Of a stretch of DNA of 64,000 nucleotides, positions 1 through 8,593 are shown one piece after another. The first letter of the stretch is position 1; each line of letters opens with the position of its first letter. The stretch is taken from assembly GCA_016839555.1 (NCBI GenBank), contig JAEOUA010000011.1, positions 96,001 through 160,000 of the forward strand, in the 5' to 3' direction. The translations under genes were made by a program, and so were the position numbers. The stretch is from Promethearchaeota archaeon. Its GTDB lineage: Archaea > Asgardarchaeota > Lokiarchaeia > Sigyniarchaeales > SOKP01. Below the pieces are notes generated by a model. That model searched no databases, was not told where the DNA came from, and saw only the letters and a list, made by a program, of their open reading frames with translations.

Positions 1-500
1 TTTTTCACTATTGAAGCACATTGCGATTCGGCAGATGCCGGAGAGTCTATTACAGGAACTCCGATTGCTCTAAGTAATTCTTTTGATTCTTGGATTATAT
101 TCGGCCATAAATATTCCTTTGAAAGGGCAATTCTTCTCGCTAATATGAAATTTTTACTATTAAGCGCATTTTTATATCGTTTTTGAGTGATACGAAAATC
201 ATTTAATTGATTCTTGGTAATCACGCGCTTAAGTTCAGAGACCCTTCCATCGAAACAAAAGATGGGGAAAATATTTTTTGAATACAAAAATTTTACTCGA
301 TATAACAGCCCATATAGATGGGAGATTGGTCTCTGCGTTCTATCAAGAATGAGATCGCTATGAAAAATCGTAGGGTTCTTATGACTAAAATGCAGTAAAC
401 TCATAATAATATTGGGGGCGTCAACTGCGATGATGGAACCCTTTAATTCCGCAAGAGTTCTTTCTCTCCTCTGAATAATCGGATTTAATTTTACACCCAT
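1..500 (-). CDS. fen: Flap endonuclease FEN1/XPG-family paralog, 5' part (runs off the window)
   Basis: Hand translation from ATG at 500: MGVKLNPII...IIAVDAPN...ISHLYGLLYR...PIFCFDG...ELK...ESKELLRAIGVPVIDSPASAESQCA. FEN1 N-region and start of I-region. Not in the ORF track. Confidence 0.9.
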   Translation of the reverse strand, partial: MGVKLNPIIQRRERTLAELKGSIIAVDAPNIIMSLLHFSHKNPTIFHSDLILDRTQRPISHLYGLLYRVKFLYSKNIFPIFCFDGRVSELKRVITKNQLNDFRITQKRYKNALNSKNFILARRIALSKEYLWPNIIQESKELLRAIGVPVIDSPASAESQCASIVK

Positions 501-550
501 AATGTCATCAAATTATCCAAGCTATTAAATAAGTTATTATGAAGAGTATT

Positions 551-775
551 TCAGATACGAATGCTAAAATATTCAAGACCTGTATGCACGCCACATACTA
601 TTAGTAAAATAATAGATATAATAATTACATAAAACATATTATGGCGTCGGAATCGAGGCATCACTAATAGTCCAATGAGCCCCACAATTAAGCCCAATAA
701 TCCGAGTATAGAGCCCAAAGCAATCAGGAATTCTACTCCCTCCATCATATCGCCAATATAATCTAATAATACCAT
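551..775 (-). CDS. Small two-TM membrane protein
   Basis: 74 aa with two hydrophobic segments; promoter motif at 797-811. Confidence 0.7.
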   Translation of the reverse strand: MVLLDYIGDMMEGVEFLIALGSILGLLGLIVGLIGLLVMPRFRRHNMFYVIIISIILLIVCGVHTGLEYFSIRI

Positions 776-796
776 AATGAATCTATTTAATGAAAT

Positions 797-811
797 TATT
801 TAAATAAAAAA
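797..811 (-). promoter_or_regulatory. T-rich-BRE/TATA motif TTTTTTATTTAAATA
   Basis: 21 nt upstream of the start at 775. Confidence 0.6.
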
Positions 812-842
812 TCTTGACAGAATTAGAAAAAAGAAACTATCC

Positions 843-1064
843 TTATATTCCCCACAATTCTTTCATGATGCTAATAATCATCATAATATTATTAATGGAA
901 AGGATGGATTCATCCTTATAGTACTCAAAATCAGCTTTTTCAAACTCATTGTGGCAATGTGGACACTCAAAGGTATCGCCATAATCTATAATTTTAGTCA
1001 TACCGCAATAGGGGCAGTGATATTGTTTCTTTGGTTTTTCATTTAGGTGATTAAATAGTTCCAT
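843..1064 (-). CDS. Small C4 zinc-ribbon protein
   Basis: CPYC...CPHC. Confidence 0.75.
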   Translation of the reverse strand: MELFNHLNEKPKKQYHCPYCGMTKIIDYGDTFECPHCHNEFEKADFEYYKDESILSINNIMMIISIMKELWGI

Positions 1065-1087
1065 CTGATCTTGTATATGACCAATCC

Positions 1088-1102
1088 TATTTAAACAAAA
1101 AG
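1088..1102 (-). promoter_or_regulatory. T-rich-BRE/TATA motif CTTTTTGTTTAAATA
   Basis: 23 nt upstream of the start at 1064; 17-mer 1087-1103 is identical to 20019-20035. Confidence 0.65.
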
Positions 1103-1130
1103 ATTACAATCTCATTAAAATGTGAAACTA

Positions 1131-1145
1131 TTTTTTCTTTAAATA
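1131..1145 (+). promoter_or_regulatory. T-rich-BRE/TATA motif TTTTTTCTTTAAATA
   Basis: 46 nt upstream of ATG 1192; 20-mer 1126-1145 is identical to 9943-9962. Confidence 0.65.
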
Positions 1146-1191
1146 AAAAGGCAAGATATTGTGCTTAACTAAATAAATTACCTTCTAAACT

Positions 1192-1509
1192 ATGAGAGAA
1201 TTGGAAGAAATTGGAGATTGCCCCCAATGCGGGTGCACGTTGATGATGTATAAAACTTCCAACTATAAGCGATTCGTAAAGTGCGAGGTATGTGGGAACT
1301 CCTATCCTGTACCTAAGAGTGGAAGCATTCATTCCTCAGCACTGTTATGTCCCCTCCGCAAATATCCGATATTGATCATTCAAAAAGAAAATTCCAAAGC
1401 GTATTTCTGGACGGATCGACCATGTTTCAGCTGTACGCATTATGATAAATGCCAAGAAGTTACATCATTAATCCAAGAATTTAGTCAATTAGAGGTGTAT
1501 GGCTATTAA
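1192..1509 (+). CDS. Cys-rich zinc-ribbon protein resembling topoisomerase IA C-terminal C4 repeats
   Basis: CPQCG..L....S..KRFVKC..C...YPVP followed by further Cys clusters. Confidence 0.7.
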   Translation: MRELEEIGDCPQCGCTLMMYKTSNYKRFVKCEVCGNSYPVPKSGSIHSSALLCPLRKYPILIIQKENSKAYFWTDRPCFSCTHYDKCQEVTSLIQEFSQLEVYGY

Positions 1510-2623
1510 TACCAAGAAATATATACATAAAAAATTTGGCTATATTATCCTTTTATTCGTCTGCTTGATGGGGGTCATTGTGATCGGTATTACATTAAAT
1601 GCTCATCATAAAGACCAATATGATAATGAATATGTTTATTCTTATATCTTGCATCAAATGCTTTTTCAAAAGGAAGAGATATCTTCCCCTGTACATAGCT
1701 CGATTCAAAGCAGTGAATATACTGACATGTTAGTGGATAAGGTATATACCTTTCTAGAGGGACACTATATATTGAATATTTCAGATCTCTATCTTATTAA
1801 AGGTTTTCGGTATTCTATTAGACTTGCAATAGTAACTGATAATCACCAATGCAATATGGAAATTAATCTTACGGATCCTATTGGGTGGTCTTACTATATT
1901 TTTGCTACAGATGGAAACAAGTTAACCTTTAATGAGTATCGGGAAATTCCCTATGGTGCGGCAAGAACGGGAAATCACACCCTTTATTTTGAGAAATTAG
2001 ACGGTCCCAATCTCAATATCCATATCCAAGTGATCAATGAAGGATTATGTTATGAGCTCTTTGATCCAGGGGAGAATATCTATTGGATAGATCTTATCCC
2101 GATTTCGCGACCAGAACCCCCTTCCGCAGGCATCAATTATCAAAAATATCTTTATTTATTACCACAACGAATGTATAGCATCCATATTTCGAGAGTGTCC
2201 GCAGTGCGCGCCGATTATTCCAATAAAATATATGTAGATCATAATGTGGTAGATCCTTCGGAGGATCATATTTCCTTTCCTATTTATACTCATAAACTTA
2301 TGAATGGGCTCTTTGAAGAAGATCAATATCACTTTGGCACGGCGATTCAAGGTACCTACCTGTTTAATTTTACTTTTTACCCTGATATGGAATATACCAA
2401 TATCTTACTCTTTGTGGTGGATGAGGGACAAATTGCTACTGGACAAAAGCCTCTTCCGTTTAATATTAGCTATTTGTTATCACTCGATCTCGAAGCTCCT
2501 GAGATCGTTCCCTCGGTATCTATGCCATTTGAGGCGCAATTGGGGCTCGGAATTGGAATCGGCTCTTTAATTATCATTGGACTTTCCATCGCGTTTTATA
2601 CGAAGCATAAATCGAATTTGTGA
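1499..2623 (+). CDS. Membrane-anchored surface protein (N-terminal TM/signal, beta-rich ectodomain, C-terminal TM)
   Basis: Hydrophobic N- and C-terminal segments, basic tail; overlaps the upstream ORF. Confidence 0.7.
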   Translation: MAINTKKYIHKKFGYIILLFVCLMGVIVIGITLNAHHKDQYDNEYVYSYILHQMLFQKEEISSPVHSSIQSSEYTDMLVDKVYTFLEGHYILNISDLYLIKGFRYSIRLAIVTDNHQCNMEINLTDPIGWSYYIFATDGNKLTFNEYREIPYGAARTGNHTLYFEKLDGPNLNIHIQVINEGLCYELFDPGENIYWIDLIPISRPEPPSAGINYQKYLYLLPQRMYSIHISRVSAVRADYSNKIYVDHNVVDPSEDHISFPIYTHKLMNGLFEEDQYHFGTAIQGTYLFNFTFYPDMEYTNILLFVVDEGQIATGQKPLPFNISYLLSLDLEAPEIVPSVSMPFEAQLGLGIGIGSLIIIGLSIAFYTKHKSNL

Positions 2624-2741
2624 TCCTTTTCACTTTTCTTTTTTTAATATCTTATTTTTTTTCAAAATTTGGTATAAAAGATACTAACGACGGAATATCG
2701 ACATAAATATTAAAAACTAGAAAATCATAATACCCTCTATA

Positions 2742-3188
2742 TTGTTAAAGCTAGATATTTTTTTCATCCCTATGGAAAAACCATCATCTTATTACGATTG
2801 GCAATTGAGTTATCAAGAAAATCCCTCCGATAGCTTAAATAGGAAAATAAAGGATATTTTAAACAAATATTCGGACAGAAAAACTCTCTATAAAACAGCT
2901 TCCATTTCGAATTCCTTATTTAATATAGAAAAACTTGATTTTGAGGGAGGGATTTTAGAATGTTCTATAAAAGCAGAAGATCAAAATAAGCTTAAAATTA
3001 TTATTGATACTAAAAAGCGGATAATCTCTCATAAGTGCAGAGAATTTAAAGCACTAAACAACTATCGTAAAAAATTCTGCTCTCATCTGCTTAAATTATG
3101 TTTTATTTTACAGGAAAAAGCACCAACCCAATTAATCTCTTTTTTAAAAGATATAACTACTTATGATTATAATTTTTTTCCCAAATAA
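2742..3188 (+). CDS. SWIM-type zinc-finger protein
   Basis: HKC-x13-CSH, a variant of CxC-xn-CxH; real start may be ATG 2772. Confidence 0.65.
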   Translation: MLKLDIFFIPMEKPSSYYDWQLSYQENPSDSLNRKIKDILNKYSDRKTLYKTASISNSLFNIEKLDFEGGILECSIKAEDQNKLKIIIDTKKRIISHKCREFKALNNYRKKFCSHLLKLCFILQEKAPTQLISFLKDITTYDYNFFPK

Positions 3189-3232
3189 TATAAAATTTGT
3201 TGAAAAAAAGAATAAAAAGAACATAGATTTTA

Positions 3233-4480
3233 TTATTCTGCTTGTTTTTGCCACTCTTCTATCATAGAATTGGATACACCACTTATTTTTGAGGAAAGTT
3301 CCTTGGGATCCGCATCTAATAGATCCTCTACGCTATGAATTCCTTGTTCCTTGAGGCTTTCTAAGGTACCCTTGCCAATGCCTTTAATGTCAGTCAATTT
3401 TTTAATATTAGAGCTTTCACTTTCTTCATCTTCATCCTCTTCGTCGAAAGAATCATCATCCTCGCTTTCTTCATACACCGTTTCTATATCAAATTCCAAG
3501 CTTTTTGCTTGAGGTAAATCCACTTCTTCTGAATCGGCAACCCCTGCACTGGTAATATAAAATTCACATTCCTCAGGAGGAAGGTCAGGTGCGTCCACTA
3601 TGATCGCACGTCGTTTCAAGGAACTATTAGATGAAAAACCTTTTGTTTTAAACATTATACGAAAGTGGCATCCGTGAGCGACGATATTACCTCCTATGGC
3701 ATCATCGGCAGAAAATAATCCTTTTATTTGCACTGCCACTTGATTTGTCACTAGAATTGCGGCGTTATACATTTCAGCAATTCGTGAAAGTGCGTGGATC
3801 ATATTATTTAAGACACATTGTCGTTTCGCTAACATACCAATCCCCACATATTCTGCTCTGAGGAGCGCCATCAAGCTGTCAACGATTACAAGGCGAACAT
3901 TACGATTCTTACAGAGTGTTTCAGCCTTGAGTATCATTTGGTCTTGATGATCAGAGCTAAAGATTCTCGCATGAAATACTTTTGATAAAGCTTCCTTAGG
4001 ATCTATCTTAAATCTTTTAGCAATTCGGATTATTTTACTACGTGAAAAGGTGTTTTCAGTGTCAATATAGGCAACCGAGCCTCCTAATCCTCCTTTTTTT
4101 TTGGATAATTGGACGGTTACCGCAAGAGTATGTGCTAAATTTGTTTTTCCAGATTTAAAAGGTCCATAAACTTCTGTTACTTTACCTGTTTGCATTCCAC
4201 CTCCTAAGATACGATCTAATTCAGACGAGCCTGTAGTAAAGAACTCTGTATTTTCGTCCATTTCTGATACAGGCGTAAATTCAGTCATATTAAGCGCGTT
4301 GCGAGCATTCCAGATCAGTGTTTTGACGGTTTTTTCCCCGAGTCCTTTAATTTCCGATACAACAATTTGAGAGGACATCGCAAGCATTTCTGCGGTTGAG
4401 ATCCCATTCTCTTGGAGAAGTTTTATATGACGTGAGTTGATTCCTTTAATCTGGCTTAATTCTGCTATTTTATTATACAC
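3233..4480 (-). CDS. radA: RadA/Rad51-family recombinase paralog with acidic linker and extra C-terminal HhH domain
   Basis: TTGSSELDRILGGG, Walker A GPFKSGKT, YIDTENTF, Walker B LVIVDS, TNQV, GGNIVAH; IKGI HhH motifs at both termini. Confidence 0.93.
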   Translation of the reverse strand: MYNKIAELSQIKGINSRHIKLLQENGISTAEMLAMSSQIVVSEIKGLGEKTVKTLIWNARNALNMTEFTPVSEMDENTEFFTTGSSELDRILGGGMQTGKVTEVYGPFKSGKTNLAHTLAVTVQLSKKKGGLGGSVAYIDTENTFSRSKIIRIAKRFKIDPKEALSKVFHARIFSSDHQDQMILKAETLCKNRNVRLVIVDSLMALLRAEYVGIGMLAKRQCVLNNMIHALSRIAEMYNAAILVTNQVAVQIKGLFSADDAIGGNIVAHGCHFRIMFKTKGFSSNSSLKRRAIIVDAPDLPPEECEFYITSAGVADSEEVDLPQAKSLEFDIETVYEESEDDDSFDEEDEDEESESSNIKKLTDIKGIGKGTLESLKEQGIHSVEDLLDADPKELSSKISGVSNSMIEEWQKQAE

Positions 4481-4542
4481 CCCACAATTATTTCTTTTTT
4501 AAATTCTAGTTTATTATAGTTATCATTTTTTAAAGTTAGAAT

Positions 4543-4557
4543 TATATAAAGAAAAAA
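4543..4557 (-). promoter_or_regulatory. T-rich-BRE/TATA motif TTTTTTCTTTATATA
   Basis: 62 nt upstream of the radA start. Confidence 0.55.
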
Positions 4558-4660
4558 TTCTAAGGAATGGGTTGAGAACCTAAAAATAAAAAAACAGTTA
4601 AGATTATACAAAAAGCGATATTTTCTTCCAAAATCCTTTACAAGGATTTAGAAAAAGTCC

Positions 4661-4677
4661 GAAAAGGTTTTATAAAA
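4661..4677 (+). promoter_or_regulatory. Conventional BRE-TATA promoter GAAAAGGTTTTATAAAA
   Basis: Purine-rich BRE plus TTTATAAA upstream of the hydrolase gene. Confidence 0.55.
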
Positions 4678-4745
4678 TCAATACTAATATCATTATAAAT
4701 TTCATAAAAAGGTAAAATTTAATTCATAAATTTGAGGAAATTGAG

Positions 4746-5558
4746 ATGCCAAAAATAGAACTTGATAATGGTTATAAACTTAATTATTTGGATAAAGGAA
4801 AGGGAAAAAATTTAGTATATATTCATGGATTCTTGGGAAGTTCATGGTTATATGAGGATTTTGTAGAATATTTTTCAAATAACTATAGGGTTATAGCAAT
4901 AGATCATTTAGGCCATGGAAAAAGCGATAAACCAAAATCTGAATTATATAAATTAAGGGATTTGACGCAATATGTGGAAGAAACGCTATCAAAAATAATT
5001 GGTGATGAAAAGATCATCTTACACGGGCATAGTATGGGGGGAATGATAGCCTTAATTTATGCTACTACTCCAGAGTATGCGAAACGATTAGAGGGATTGG
5101 TTCTAATGGCTACGGCACCGAAATTACAAAATCCTGGTTTAGTCAAATATATAGAAGATATTAAAGCAGACAAAATGAAAATGATAGATCGTGAGGTTGT
5201 TGAGACTATATTCGTTAATTTATGTTTCAATCGTAAATATAGAAAAAAAGATCCTGCTCTTGTTGAAGAATTTGTAAATAAGACTCTGGAAAATGAAGAA
5301 TTTGTTGGAAGACGGACTATGGTATCAATTGTAGAAGATTATAATGTTGAGGATAAAATTGATCAAATCGAAGTCCCTACTCTAATATTAACGGGAGATA
5401 AAGACATTTTCATACTACCTGAAGAATCTAAAGAAATGCATAAAAAAATTCCTAATTCAGAATTAGTTGTATTTTCTCCTAATATTGGTCATATGATTAA
5501 TTATGAGGCCAAAGACGAATATATTGAAAAAATGGAAGAGTTTCTAGCTAAAATTTAA
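4746..5558 (+). CDS. Alpha/beta hydrolase
   Basis: HGF oxyanion motif, GHSMGG nucleophile elbow, GDKD, GH. Confidence 0.92.
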   Translation: MPKIELDNGYKLNYLDKGKGKNLVYIHGFLGSSWLYEDFVEYFSNNYRVIAIDHLGHGKSDKPKSELYKLRDLTQYVEETLSKIIGDEKIILHGHSMGGMIALIYATTPEYAKRLEGLVLMATAPKLQNPGLVKYIEDIKADKMKMIDREVVETIFVNLCFNRKYRKKDPALVEEFVNKTLENEEFVGRRTMVSIVEDYNVEDKIDQIEVPTLILTGDKDIFILPEESKEMHKKIPNSELVVFSPNIGHMINYEAKDEYIEKMEEFLAKI

Positions 5559-5744
5559 TTTTTTTTAATTTTTTAAGAATTATTCAATTCTACTCTTTAA
5601 GAGCAAATTTATATGGAAAAAATTGATTAATTTAATTTGGTTTAAACGTGCTTTTAGTCATTTATTATTTTGCTTTCTACCAGAATTATTATCTAATAAT
5701 GATAATAGAGATTTAAGAGAAAAATTAAAAAAAAGAATTTAAAA

Positions 5745-6122
5745 TTAGTGTAATTTTACTATTTCTTCTAATTTTTTAATATATTCTTTTGGAGAAATTC
5801 CATGTAATAAGGCAGTATGCATCAATTTCATATTAATCTCATTTGAATCCATATTTTCTTTTTCTGAAATAACATTAAGAATATACTTTTTTAATGAGAA
5901 TTTTTCAGATGATTCTTTTCCAAAATATCCCCCATAGGCGATCATTAAATTTAAAATTAGTTCAATATCATCTTTAGAGAATTTATTTCTACATTTTTTA
6001 CATATGGGGATAAAGAGGAATTCTGATTGATAACCAGCTGAAAGATCTGAAATATTGGCTCGACATACCCCACATTTTAATATTTTTGAATCCTCTTTAG
6101 ATACGGCATGCATAATGATCAT
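5745..6122 (-). CDS. Zinc-finger protein, hypothetical
   Basis: CGVC...CKKC. Confidence 0.7.
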   Translation of the reverse strand: MIIMHAVSKEDSKILKCGVCRANISDLSAGYQSEFLFIPICKKCRNKFSKDDIELILNLMIAYGGYFGKESSEKFSLKKYILNVISEKENMDSNEINMKLMHTALLHGISPKEYIKKLEEIVKLH

Positions 6123-6179
6123 TCTGAAGTAAAAATATTTAGAATTTAAACAATGGTTATATTAGTAAGAAATTGAAAA

Positions 6180-6194
6180 TATTTAAAGAAAAAT
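6180..6194 (-). promoter_or_regulatory. T-rich-BRE/TATA motif ATTTTTCTTTAAATA
   Basis: 57 nt upstream of the start at 6122. Confidence 0.5.
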
Positions 6195-6243
6195 TAAAAT
6201 TATTTCAAAATAAATATAAAGAATTTTCTTTTTTGGATGAAGA

Positions 6244-6990
6244 TTAAGCTTGAAATTTGATCCCTCTTTCTGTCAAATGAATATTGAATGAGTGAGTTGT
6301 ATTATAATAATGGAAATTTAATTGCCTTTGATTTAAAAAAACATCTTTTTTTAATTCTATATTTAAGGATTGTAAATTTTCAAATAAAAGATGGTTGAAC
6401 ATAACAGTTTTTTCTTTTTTAGGATTATAAGAAACTTCATGAATTAAGATCAATAATATATTATTTCTTCCGCAAAAAAAGAGCAGTGGTAATAATACCG
6501 AATCAAAAAAATCATCTAAAATGGAAGTTGTGAGATTAATATCAGAGTATTTAGAGATTTCAAATCGAAGATGATGGGAAATATTATCTATAATTAAAAC
6601 TTTAACTTTTGGGGGTAAATCTATTTTCTTATTAGAAATCTTAATTAGAATTTCAGAAAGTTGATAATAATCTTGACAAGCCTTTTCAGGTATAACCAAA
6701 ATATGATTTTTAATATAATTAAGCTCTGCATCTCTATTTTTGTACATTTTCATTAAACGTTTCTTTGAAAAGTTTTCAGCAGCTTGTACCCATATGCAAT
6801 AGTTTTCATTTCTTTCTAATTTTATTAATAAGTATCTTAATAGTTGCATTGCATAGGTAGTTTTTCCTGTTCCTGCTTTTCCATATATATTTACGAGGGA
6901 AAATCGAGGGAATAATTTTGTAATAATTTCCCGTTGAGAAAATCGCTTATTTTGCAATATGGCATTAATTTCTTCTTCTTTTAATACCAT
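6244..6990 (-). CDS. RadB/Rad51-paralog-like RecA-fold ATPase
   Basis: Walker A GKAGTGKT, ENFSKKRL, Walker B LIIDNIS, LIHEV; no N-terminal HhH. Confidence 0.8.
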   Translation of the reverse strand: MVLKEEEINAILQNKRFSQREIITKLFPRFSLVNIYGKAGTGKTTYAMQLLRYLLIKLERNENYCIWVQAAENFSKKRLMKMYKNRDAELNYIKNHILVIPEKACQDYYQLSEILIKISNKKIDLPPKVKVLIIDNISHHLRFEISKYSDINLTTSILDDFFDSVLLPLLFFCGRNNILLILIHEVSYNPKKEKTVMFNHLLFENLQSLNIELKKDVFLNQRQLNFHYYNTTHSFNIHLTERGIKFQA

Positions 6991-6992
6991 TT

Positions 6993-7352
6993 TTATTCCT
7001 CGAAAAGCTTCAATATTTTTTGCTTCTGCTGTTCAATAAGCTGCATTCTTTTTGTACGATTTTCCGATTGTTTACTGATTTTTATTTGATCGGAGACTGG
7101 ATTATTCTCAGAAAAATTAAACATTTGCTGTACCATCATAAAAGTCATAAAGTCATTAATAGATTGCGAGCTCTGATTAGTTCGATTTCCAAACAGAAAT
7201 CCCCTTGTAAACCCTCTTTTATTTTTCTTTCTAATCTTTGAAAAGAGCCAAATTGTTAAAAAAGTACCAACAATTATTAAAGCTACAATGGGACTTTTAC
7301 TAAATAACATTATTATCACTAAAAATACCATTATATAGCATAATCCTTTCAT
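6993..7352 (-). CDS. Small membrane protein
   Basis: Two N-terminal TM segments; stop 2 nt from the RadB-like start. Confidence 0.7.
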   Translation of the reverse strand: MKGLCYIMVFLVIIMLFSKSPIVALIIVGTFLTIWLFSKIRKKNKRGFTRGFLFGNRTNQSSQSINDFMTFMMVQQMFNFSENNPVSDQIKISKQSENRTKRMQLIEQQKQKILKLFEE

Positions 7353-7413
7353 ATATTTTTTCTCACCATGTAAATTATTATTACCCTTTTTTGATTAAGT
7401 TTTATTATTTTCA

Positions 7414-8160
7414 TCACCACTGCCCTCTTTCTATTGTTTCTTTTATCTTGTTATTGGATTTCAAACGATTTCGATATAAATCACGTGATAATCCAGATGT
7501 ATTATGAAAAGTAATTCTGCTTTTCACCCACATAACGAATCTTTTTATTCCGATAAATAAATATTTTAAAATATAATATAAAATACCAGTAAAAATAAAA
7601 TAAAGAAATGTCAAGTAAAATGGCAAATAAAAATTAGCAAAGTATATAATTATATATATAAATCCTCCTGAAATTATAACTAAAATGATTTGATATAATG
7701 AATAGATCTTATCATCACAAAATGTCCAACCAATCATTTTAAAGTCGTGATTGGAGGGTTTTGCTCCCAATAGAAGCGAAAGAAAACAGATGCCCGCAAA
7801 TACCTTGTAAAGTAACTCTATATCAATTTTAAACATAATGCAAAACATTCCATAAGCTATATAGCTACAAAACACCAAAGGGGCTAAGGAAATTAACGCA
7901 ATCTGAAGAAAGGTCACTCTTTCTGTTGCATCGAACTGGACAAATCCAAATTGTCTCTTATAATATATCTTCATTTTCTTGGGTTTCACACCGGTTATGA
8001 TACACATAATTAGATGCGATAATTCGTGAAAGAGAATTCCAACCACACCTATAGTTTTAAAGTAGGTTTTTTGTCGGATTTTCTTTGGAATAATAAATTT
8101 TAACAAAATATTACATCCCAAAATAAATCCAAAAAGTAAAAGATCATTTAGCATAGGCAT
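7414..8160 (-). CDS. Membrane zinc metalloprotease (M50B/DUF3267-like)
   Basis: HELSH zincin motif, SLAP and PS..D motifs, multiple TMs. Confidence 0.8.
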   Translation of the reverse strand: MPMLNDLLLFGFILGCNILLKFIIPKKIRQKTYFKTIGVVGILFHELSHLIMCIITGVKPKKMKIYYKRQFGFVQFDATERVTFLQIALISLAPLVFCSYIAYGMFCIMFKIDIELLYKVFAGICFLSLLLGAKPSNHDFKMIGWTFCDDKIYSLYQIILVIISGGFIYIIIYFANFYLPFYLTFLYFIFTGILYYILKYLFIGIKRFVMWVKSRITFHNTSGLSRDLYRNRLKSNNKIKETIERGQW

Positions 8161-8175
8161 ATTACTTATCCAATA

Positions 8176-8190
8176 TATATAAATGAAAAC
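8176..8190 (-). promoter_or_regulatory. T-rich-BRE/TATA motif GTTTTCATTTATATA
   Basis: 15-21 nt upstream of the protease start; near-identical to 16729-16743. Confidence 0.55.
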
Positions 8191-8593
8191 TCTTGTTATA
8201 GAAGAAAAAAGATTTCTTTGTTATAATAAGTTTGTTAAATAGATAGCCTTAACATTAATAAAATAAACCATTTTATAAATAACTCTGTTTTCTGCCTGTC
8301 CCTAGCATATTAGGCTTTTGTTCTCAGAATAAGGCTATACAACTGATTTCATTTTGGTAGTAATTTTTTTAAAGATTAGAATATAATTTTGATTGCAAAA
8401 TTCTTACTGAAATATATTCAGTATATATAAATATCTTGATGAACATCGCTCATAATATCAAAACTAAATTAAAAAAAGTTGAACAATTTCTAAAAATCGA
8501 TAGCTTTATAAATCAAACTCCTTCCTAATATTACTCAAGAAAAATTGAAAATAAAAGGATCAACAAAAAATAGATATATATTGTGATATAAAA

